From a virus (Duplodnaviria; Caudoviricetes): a DNA stretch of 64,000 nt. The number at the start of each line of letters is the position of its first letter. Position 1 is the stretch's first letter. The translations under genes and the position numbers were made by a program. The notes under the pieces were generated by a model that saw only the letters and a list, made by a program, of their open reading frames with translations, did no database searches and had not been told where the DNA came from. Location of the stretch: the IMG/VR virus record IMGVR_UViG_3300020577_007013; one strand, written 5' to 3'. Positions 57,140-64,000 of this stretch are shown here, in pieces.

Positions 57140-59268
57140 GTCAACTTTTAAGTGATATAAACTCTAGACCCTTAACAAATCTCAAAGTTACAGGACTCAC
57201 TTCTACTGTTACTGGAAGTTTTTCAGTAGCATCCAATGTCATCTCGACACTTCCGATTGGACATGGAATTTTAATCCATGACAGAGTCAGTTATTCTGTA
57301 GTGACTTCAGCAGTTCTCACAGAGAATGGATTAGTAGCAATTTCAGATGCTACTGGACTTGAGTCAGGAACAGGAATTCTTATTGTAGACCAGACTCTAA
57401 GTAATTTTTTGACTATAGGAGCCGTTCAGTCAGCTTTTCCAACTGGGACTTTAATCTCCTTTCAATCAGGAATACTTAATGGAGCAACGGTTCAGATAAA
57501 GACTTCAGCACTTCTAGGAGGACTGACAGCTGTAGATGGAGCGACAGTTGGAAGTCCAGGATATTGGGTAATAGCAATAGATCTCTTGACAGCTACAGGA
57601 TTTCCTGTAATAGCTTCTTATCCTTCATCTACGGTTATATCTCCTAGTATAAGCATCTATGTAGGAGTTAATGGATCAACCCCTTATAATGACCTCACTG
57701 TGACTTCCACAACATCGACATCAGTCACTGTAGCTGAAAATGTTCCTAATTCATCTTTTACAAATCTCACTTTCAAAAAACATTCTAGAATTGTTGATAG
57801 TCTAGTCGTTGATGAAGCTGATTTTACAACCCTTAGAGTTCAAGGTTCACCTATCGTAAAAGGACTTAGAGTACCATATTCACAATCAATAACAGATCTG
57901 ACCACTATCTTCTACGGATATGACACTTCAAATAATATTATTTCAGGTGACTCAGCTCTTAGTGGAGAGGTGGCTGCAAGTGATTCATTCTTTACGTCAA
58001 AAACAATTTACAATGTAGAGTCTCATCCATTATATCCTAATATCGGAGTCATGTGCTATTTTAACTCAGGAGATAGTAAGAATTATATTGTAACATTTAC
58101 CTACGAATACAACGTCGGCTATACCTTCAACACACCTTTTGAAATAGTCGGATCTGACACAACCCTCCCTTCAGATATCTACATGTTATTCTCAACATCA
58201 TGGACAGCAGCAAATGAGCTTCTCTCAGCCCACTTAGTAGTTGTTGGTGGAAAATCAAGTCCAGGTACTTCAGTCTACATGGGTGCCTACTCAATAGATA
58301 ATTTAGGAAATATTACTCAAGACATTGCTTGGGGAAATACCGGATCTGTAATCGGAGCAGGAACTTTTTCAGGATTTGTAAAAGCACAAGACCTCAAAGA
58401 AATAAATTCCTCTGCAAATTCATACAGATTCGTCATTGTCTATGATACTGACAAGTACGCAATGTTCATCATTATAAATAATGTTCTCAACTTTGTTGAT
58501 AGCGGAGTAGACGCAGATATGACTGACATCACAAATGACTTATTAGGAGGTCAGACATCATCATTTCTTGCAATAAAGTATTCTTCCTCTAAGAGAAGAA
58601 ATGATGTCGGTCCGACGACAATTCCTACTAATGCTTATGCGACTATAAAGAAATTCTTTACAGGAACCGACAGAGCAAAAATAAGCCTATATCATTTGGA
58701 TCGTTATACTGGATTCGGAAAATCTGAGTTTGACTATACAAATGTCTCTGGAGATTTTACCCCTGTTCTCAATAAAAATTATTTTGTATGGCCTAATAAT
58801 TTTCAGAATGCAGAAGATAAAGATCAGAATATAGTCTTTGAATTAGACAACTGCATTGTCTTTTATAAAAGTTTTGGATATGTAATCACTCTCGATAAAG
58901 CGACTGGACATTTGGTCTCTCTTAATAGAGAAGGAAGTAATACTTTTACAAAGACTCTCCATTATAGAACATCTTGTTTGATAAATTCAAATGTCCTTCT
59001 CTTAGACGTCGGAGGAACAACAGTCGCCAATAGAGTCTTGAATCACGGTCCTTATTTAGCAGTATCTAAAAACACTCTAGGTGAAGCCATAATTCCTAAA
59101 TCAGGAGACTATATTCAGACCTCTTATAACCTTCAAAAAGGGAAAGAATACAGTCTTTGTCTTGGTTTCAATGGGTCAATCTCAGAAATGAAAATAACTC
59201 CGAAACAAGATTTCTCGTTGAAAAAGCTCGGAATAGCTGTGGACACGAATAAATTTTATGTGTATTAA
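57136..59268 (+). CDS. fiber/receptor-binding-like structural protein
   Basis: Ser/Thr-rich beta protein, ATGA-coupled to the fiber gene; C-terminal LGIAVDTNK. Confidence 0.6.
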   Translation: MSQLLSDINSRPLTNLKVTGLTSTVTGSFSVASNVISTLPIGHGILIHDRVSYSVVTSAVLTENGLVAISDATGLESGTGILIVDQTLSNFLTIGAVQSAFPTGTLISFQSGILNGATVQIKTSALLGGLTAVDGATVGSPGYWVIAIDLLTATGFPVIASYPSSTVISPSISIYVGVNGSTPYNDLTVTSTTSTSVTVAENVPNSSFTNLTFKKHSRIVDSLVVDEADFTTLRVQGSPIVKGLRVPYSQSITDLTTIFYGYDTSNNIISGDSALSGEVAASDSFFTSKTIYNVESHPLYPNIGVMCYFNSGDSKNYIVTFTYEYNVGYTFNTPFEIVGSDTTLPSDIYMLFSTSWTAANELLSAHLVVVGGKSSPGTSVYMGAYSIDNLGNITQDIAWGNTGSVIGAGTFSGFVKAQDLKEINSSANSYRFVIVYDTDKYAMFIIINNVLNFVDSGVDADMTDITNDLLGGQTSSFLAIKYSSSKRRNDVGPTTIPTNAYATIKKFFTGTDRAKISLYHLDRYTGFGKSEFDYTNVSGDFTPVLNKNYFVWPNNFQNAEDKDQNIVFELDNCIVFYKSFGYVITLDKATGHLVSLNREGSNTFTKTLHYRTSCLINSNVLLLDVGGTTVANRVLNHGPYLAVSKNTLGEAIIPKSGDYIQTSYNLQKGKEYSLCLGFNGSISEMKITPKQDFSLKKLGIAVDTNKFYVY

Positions 59269-59304
59269 TCGATCAATTGAGAAACTGAGACACTAACTAC
59301 TACG

Positions 59305-59865
59305 ATGGAAACATTCTCTTCACTTTTAAAGTTTGCGTCAGATAAACCATTCGCTTTCAGCTCGATTCTTCTCATAATTTTGGGATTCATTTTTCTCTTC
59401 TTGAAGACTTTTAGAGTCTCCTTTAAAAAAGGACCTATACCGAATATCGAGTCGAGATCTAGTCTTGAGTCCAATAAACAACTTGTAGAAGCTCATTCAA
59501 AAATAAAAGAACTTGAGGATAAACTCTTACATTCACATGTTCCAGATTTTATTAAAAAGACCGATAACGGTGAGTACATCGGTTTCATGATTGCTCCTAA
59601 ACCATATATTACAGTATGGGTCGACGGAAACTGGAGTAGTGAAGAACATTTTCAAATCTTTGATCGCTTCGAAAGATTATGGGATGATGAACAAGACATT
59701 TATCTTGTAGGAAAAAGTCCAAATCTCCCATCTGATCTTTATCATATTATTGAGAAAAAAGCTAAGTCACTCCCTAAACTTTCTATTCATTGCTCTCACC
59801 AATTAGGAGAATTTTTTACTAGATATTTCTCCGATTTCAAAAATGTCGAAGTCCTCATGAGGTAA
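59305..59865 (+). CDS. membrane-anchored protein with putative STAS (anti-sigma-antagonist-like) domain
   Basis: TM helix aa 17-33, short coiled coil, then ITVWVDGNW-helix-DIYL...LPS-helix pattern; context next to kinase and PP2C. Confidence 0.45.
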   Translation: METFSSLLKFASDKPFAFSSILLIILGFIFLFLKTFRVSFKKGPIPNIESRSSLESNKQLVEAHSKIKELEDKLLHSHVPDFIKKTDNGEYIGFMIAPKPYITVWVDGNWSSEEHFQIFDRFERLWDDEQDIYLVGKSPNLPSDLYHIIEKKAKSLPKLSIHCSHQLGEFFTRYFSDFKNVEVLMR

Positions 59866-59866
59866 A

Positions 59867-60262
59867 ATGTATCACGTCTCACTCAACGATGTCACAGCAA
59901 TTAAAAAAATCCAAGAACATTACAAAAATAATTTTGACATAAAGAACATAGCTCAAGAGATACTTCAAAATTCTTTAAATGAAAATCAGAAAGGGGAGAT
60001 GTTCATAAGTGATAAACTCATTCTCTTCCGTGTGTATCTAGGAACTCAGGAATTGGTCGATCTCACGGAGACTAAGATCAATCAAGGAATAGAGTTCGCA
60101 AAACTATGTCAACAAAACAAAAAAGCCAGATTAGATTCATTAGAAAAAATTCGACCATCGAAAAAACATGGAAGAGGATTTCTCAGTATACTATATCATG
60201 GTTGGGACTTGGTTACCTTACCAAATCACACGGAAGTATTGATAGCGGCGATAAAAGCTTAA
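59867..60262 (+). CDS. RsbW/SpoIIAB-like GHKL kinase (anti-sigma-type), compact
   Basis: N-box IAQEILQNSL and G2-box HGRGFLSI in 131 aa. Confidence 0.6.
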   Translation: MYHVSLNDVTAIKKIQEHYKNNFDIKNIAQEILQNSLNENQKGEMFISDKLILFRVYLGTQELVDLTETKINQGIEFAKLCQQNKKARLDSLEKIRPSKKHGRGFLSILYHGWDLVTLPNHTEVLIAAIKA

Positions 60263-61506
60263 AAGAACAACTCTACGACATAAGTTTTGATACCTCGAAG
60301 AGAATAAAACTCTTTTCTCTTCTAATCAGACTCTTCATTTCTATCTTACTTCTCATAATCTTAGCCATCGACGTTCATATAGGACTCTATCCTATTGAGA
60401 GCTCAGTCTCCCCTCTCTCAATTCTTTTTATTTACACACTTCTAGTGATCTATATGCTTAATTTGTGTAAAAAATCAGAAAGTTTCAAGTCTCTCAATGG
60501 AGTAATGGACATTGTCTATGTGACATGTGAAATTCTCGCTGTATACTTTGCTATTCTAACATTTCCGACTCATCCAGCAAATATGTATTCTAATTCACTT
60601 AAAGGATTCTGGTCGGTCCTTATTGTTCTCTCAGTCTTCACAGGAAAATGGTATTATGGATTTTATTCAGGAGGATTGGTCGCCGTTCTCAATGCTTCCA
60701 CTGCTTACTTCTACTCAAAGATTAAAAGAGATTTTGAAATTGTAGGAATTGACTTTCAGAAAGTTGATCCTCTCTTTCAAATTTTCGTTTGGTCTCTATA
60801 TTATTTTTTACAAGGAGCTCTTATCTCTTTTCCATTTTATCTTTTTAGGAAACAACAGTCTATGGCTCTGAATGCAAAAACAGAGAATATTGTAGCAAGA
60901 CCCTATTATGACTTATGTTTGGAAGACGGTCAACATTTAGTCGGAGATTATCTCATCAATAAGGTCTCTTCATCTAATGACGTAATCGGTGCTGATTTTA
61001 CTTCTATGAAGCCTACAATTGCAGACCATTGTTATGGTGCCTTAATTATAGGAGATGTGATAGGACACGGTCTCAATAGAAGTCCAGGTGCAATTATTGC
61101 TATGGCAGCTTTTAAGTCTTGTTACACTACTGATCCGGTTTACGTTCAAGAAACGATAAATAGAGTTCTTGTTGATGTCGATAAGTCTAGTGGTGGGAAG
61201 GCAATCTGCCTTTCTATTAGGCTCATGGAAAATGGAATTATAGAATACTCTGGAAAAATTGATAGTTTTACTTTAGTGGAAAAAGAGAATGTTAGGTCAA
61301 TTTCACTTTCTTCAAAAGGAGAGATTCTAGGAATTCAGCCTCTTCTATTGGTTACTGAAAAAAGTGTAATCTCTATGAATGTAGGAGACTCACTTTATCT
61401 CAAGACTGACGGGATTCATGATCTTCAAGATGACAAGACCGTTGTAATTATCACTAGATTGTCAGACGAAGAGAGACTCGCTATTTCTGAGAGTTCGAAA
61501 GACTAG
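60106..61506 (+). CDS. multi-TM SpoIIE/RsbU-type PP2C phosphatase
   Basis: about 6-7 TM helices, then IGADF, IIGDVIGHG, LKTDGI, QDDKTVV (all metal-binding Asp motifs). Confidence 0.88.
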   Translation: MSTKQKSQIRFIRKNSTIEKTWKRISQYTISWLGLGYLTKSHGSIDSGDKSLKEQLYDISFDTSKRIKLFSLLIRLFISILLLIILAIDVHIGLYPIESSVSPLSILFIYTLLVIYMLNLCKKSESFKSLNGVMDIVYVTCEILAVYFAILTFPTHPANMYSNSLKGFWSVLIVLSVFTGKWYYGFYSGGLVAVLNASTAYFYSKIKRDFEIVGIDFQKVDPLFQIFVWSLYYFLQGALISFPFYLFRKQQSMALNAKTENIVARPYYDLCLEDGQHLVGDYLINKVSSSNDVIGADFTSMKPTIADHCYGALIIGDVIGHGLNRSPGAIIAMAAFKSCYTTDPVYVQETINRVLVDVDKSSGGKAICLSIRLMENGIIEYSGKIDSFTLVEKENVRSISLSSKGEILGIQPLLLVTEKSVISMNVGDSLYLKTDGIHDLQDDKTVVIITRLSDEERLAISESSKD

Positions 61507-61511
61507 CTAAC

Positions 61512-61661
61512 ATGAAGATTATTCTTTCATTATTCTTTACATCCGTAGTCTGTGCAGCTTCGTTCGCTGTTTTTTGTCTCGATATCATAATTATGCTCAC
61601 TTCATTCGTTCTTTTATTTCCATTGGGGAAAAATGCAAACGCTAATGCCATACAAAAGTAA
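61512..61661 (+). CDS. small hydrophobic membrane peptide (49 aa)
   Basis: my translation MKIILSLFFTSVVCAASFAVFCLDIIIMLTSFVLLFPLGKNANANAIQK. Confidence 0.5.
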   Translation: MKIILSLFFTSVVCAASFAVFCLDIIIMLTSFVLLFPLGKNANANAIQK

Positions 61662-62046
61662 ATTTGAAGAAGCTGGACTTCTTAAGAATTTTATTCTTTC
61701 TACCTTTCTCTTAAGTCCTGAATTCGTAAGTGGACAAGGGGAATTTGAAAGACCTCACACAACCGAGTCCCTTGAAGCTGCTAAGAGAGTGAATAAAGCT
61801 ACATATAAATTCGTTTTCAATAGACTTAAAAAAATGGAGTCCAAAGGAAAACGAATTAAGAAAGTCGAAGGTAATGAGTCGACGAATACAATTGAAGTAG
61901 ACTATGAGACAAAAACAGGTGAACTGAAACATAAGACTATTAAGTTCACACCTAATGGTACCTATATAAATGATCAGCTAATGAGACTCGATAATGAGAG
62001 TCTCTTAAATAAAATGAGATCATTTCAAAATCAATTTGAGAGCTAA
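61645..62046 (+). CDS. putative internal head protein
   Basis: MPYKSKFEEA N-terminal motif followed by a hydrophobic stretch. Confidence 0.6.
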   Translation: MPYKSKFEEAGLLKNFILSTFLLSPEFVSGQGEFERPHTTESLEAAKRVNKATYKFVFNRLKKMESKGKRIKKVEGNESTNTIEVDYETKTGELKHKTIKFTPNGTYINDQLMRLDNESLLNKMRSFQNQFES

Positions 62047-63138
62047 ATGAAAAAGCCAAAAGTTTCGAAGTATATCGACAGATTTGAAGGAGTGACTGAC
62101 TTTACTTGTGAAATTTGTGGTCACTTTATAGAGTTCAAACATCATAAAGTCCCCTTGACAGCTGTCTCGAATCATATAAAGAACCATAAAATTACTTCTA
62201 AAGAATACTATAGAAGATATTTGAAAAAACCAGAAGAAGGGATTTGTCAGAATCCTGATTGTAGAGGACCTACTAAGCAATGCTCTATTAGGTGGGGTTA
62301 CAAGCCATATTGCACCATTCAATGCTTTAATAGCATGGATGCATCCTTAAAAGGACACTACTCTGAAAATTTAAGTCACAGTCTTTCAGTAGCGCATAAA
62401 GAAGGGAGAAAAATTGGTTACTGGACTACAAATGAACCATGGAATAAAGGTCTGACATCTAAGTCAAATAAAAAAATGAGAGATCTCCTTAAAAAAGGGG
62501 TAGAGACCAAGAGAAAAAATGGAACATTAACTCCTTGGAATAAAGGGATGAAAGGACAATACTCAGTTGTTTGTAAAAATCCAGAACAAAGATCAAGAAG
62601 AATATCAGAAGCTCTCACAGGAAAAAAACTTTCAGAGAATCACAAAAAGAAATTAAGAGATCATAGAGTCCAGGACAATTTCGGTAAAGGTGGGAAGTTC
62701 TCCCAACTATTATTTAGAGAACTTAATGATAAGCTCTCACAAATTAGACAAGACTTCGAAATACATTTCGGAGATTTTGATAGAGAGACAAAGACCCTTT
62801 TAAGAAAAGAGCGCTCCGTTAATGTAATCGGAATTTCCAAAACTCATAAAATGAGATATCTTGATTGCTATCTTAAAATAGACAACAGAAAGATAAATAT
62901 AGAGTTCGATGAAAAAGGACATTCTAAGGAATGGAGAATGTCAGAAGACTTAGAAAGAGAATGGGAACTTTTACAAAGAGTACCTGAATTAGAAATCTAC
63001 CGTATACGATTTAAGGACTTTCTAGAAGGACAAACAAAAATCGTAGATGACTTGATAAAAATAATTTTAGATAAAGACTCAAATGTAGATAATAAATATT
63101 TATCTTTAACAAAACTTAAGGAAACTTCAAATGTATAG
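62047..63138 (+). mobile_element. free-standing homing endonuclease (Zn fingers, NUMOD3-like PWNKG repeats, PD-(D/E)xK)
   Basis: CEIC...HIKNH, CQNPDC, PWNKG twice, RISEALTGKKLSENHK, YLDCY...NIEFDEKGH. Confidence 0.8.
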
Positions 63139-63739
63139 CCCTAGCTTGTTCGACAGAATTTCGAGCTCACTTTCACCAGTTCTTAGAAAGGTCAGTGATA
63201 TCTCTACTACGCTCTTTGGAACCAAGGTAAATCTTCTTCGCATATCAAAAGACATTGATAGCTTTACTGGAAAGCCGATGAACATTTTTGGAGACTACGA
63301 TCAAAAATGGGGCTCATCAATTCTGTCAAATGTCGTAGTCAAGTATCCTTTTTCAAGAGTTGAAATCTTTTCCCAACTCAATCAGACAGATTATTCGTCA
63401 AAGACAACAGGTCTTGACATGATGGAATTACTTCCCATCAAAATTCAATTGCAATTCTATGGTGATTTTGATACAGACCCAATCGTAATTAAAGTAGGTG
63501 ACATCCTTGTTGATGTTCTTTTTGATGAGAATTATAATGCAATTCCTATCACTATGGAAGTCAAGAGGACATTCGGTTCTTTTTTCGGTAAAGATATTGT
63601 TTCCAAAGAAGCTGAGATGACTTTGACAAGAGGAGGCCTAGATGTACAGATTCAAAATGAAATTGATAAGTACGTGGCCCAAACTTCACAGGAGAGACAA
63701 GCTCAGGTTGCTAATGGTGGAAATCCAGACCTCTGCTAA
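63131..63739 (+). CDS. putative neck/head-completion protein
   Basis: 202 aa in late cluster; IKVGDILVD pattern; weak. Confidence 0.4.
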   Translation: MYSPSLFDRISSSLSPVLRKVSDISTTLFGTKVNLLRISKDIDSFTGKPMNIFGDYDQKWGSSILSNVVVKYPFSRVEIFSQLNQTDYSSKTTGLDMMELLPIKIQLQFYGDFDTDPIVIKVGDILVDVLFDENYNAIPITMEVKRTFGSFFGKDIVSKEAEMTLTRGGLDVQIQNEIDKYVAQTSQERQAQVANGGNPDLC

Positions 63740-63747
63740 AATGATCA

Positions 63748-64000
63748 ATGGAATTTACTTTACAAGGCAATGCTCCGGAAGAGCCAAAAAAGCCAGAACC
63801 CCAATTTAATCTAGAAAAAGTAGAAGAAGCCAGTCAACAGCTCCTTCCTAAATACTTACAAGAAGAGTATGACAATCTCTCAAAGGATGAGAAAGAACTT
63901 CTCTATGAGATCTGTAGAAATGAAAATATTTTCTCAGATGAATTCAGACATCTTCAAGCTTTTCTATTTAAGTCGCCACCGCCGTCTCCGACCGAATTCA
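63748..64000 (+). CDS. 5' part of probable terminase large subunit (runs off the window)
   Basis: my translation MEFTLQG...LFKSPPPSPTEF; PP.P.EF resembles N-termini of large-phage TerL. Confidence 0.45.
   Translation, partial: MEFTLQGNAPEEPKKPEPQFNLEKVEEASQQLLPKYLQEEYDNLSKDEKELLYEICRNENIFSDEFRHLQAFLFKSPPPSPTEF

Noticed and set aside
59305-61506. Assigning the host as Leptospira from the membrane PP2C and Ig-like domain
   Set aside because: Suggestive only; these domains are widespread and a search would be needed
1-64000. Alternative genetic code (TAG or TGA recoding)
   Set aside because: Long conserved genes are intact in code 11 and TAA, TAG and TGA all end well-formed genes; only one isolated in-frame TGA was seen
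1-64000. CRISPR array, tRNA or rRNA genes
   Set aside because: No regularly spaced repeats or cloverleaf motifs recognised in the short intergenic regions

Overview
This 64-kb, AT-rich window is gene-dense, reads in the standard genetic code, and comes from a large T4-like or jumbo myophage. The host cannot be determined from the sequence. Positions 1-55357 are almost all minus-strand. They hold small early genes, NAD-dependent ligase, a T4-type head module (portal, AAA ATPase, protease-scaffold, major capsid), a sigma-like factor, rIIA/rIIB and a replication/recombination block (clamp, SbcC/gp46, RecA, SSB, class II RNR, DnaC-like loader, SNF2 helicase, PolA). A tightly coupled nucleotide-modification operon follows. 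After a divergent switch at about 55.37 kb, plus-strand genes encode fiber-like proteins, a signalling module, a homing endonuclease, a neck-like protein and probably the start of terminase. Three systems stand out. (1) A putative new DNA hypermodification pathway: dCMP hydroxymethylase, GT-B glycosyltransferase, AlgD-like NDP-sugar dehydrogenase, SAM methyltransferase and a dNMP kinase-UDG fusion, predicting a methylated uronic-acid glycoside of hydroxymethylcytosine. (2) A phage-encoded partner-switching module (membrane STAS-like protein, RsbW-like kinase, membrane PP2C phosphatase) behind a late-type promoter motif. (3) A recA fractured by a split intein with an N-intein of only 12 aa and a free-standing endonuclease between the halves. 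Also seen: a shared N-terminal Y-K-S/K-x-F-E capsid-targeting-like motif, an ACTAA promoter motif with near-leaderless starts, and several structured non-coding elements. All calls rest on motif recognition by eye; no searches were run.
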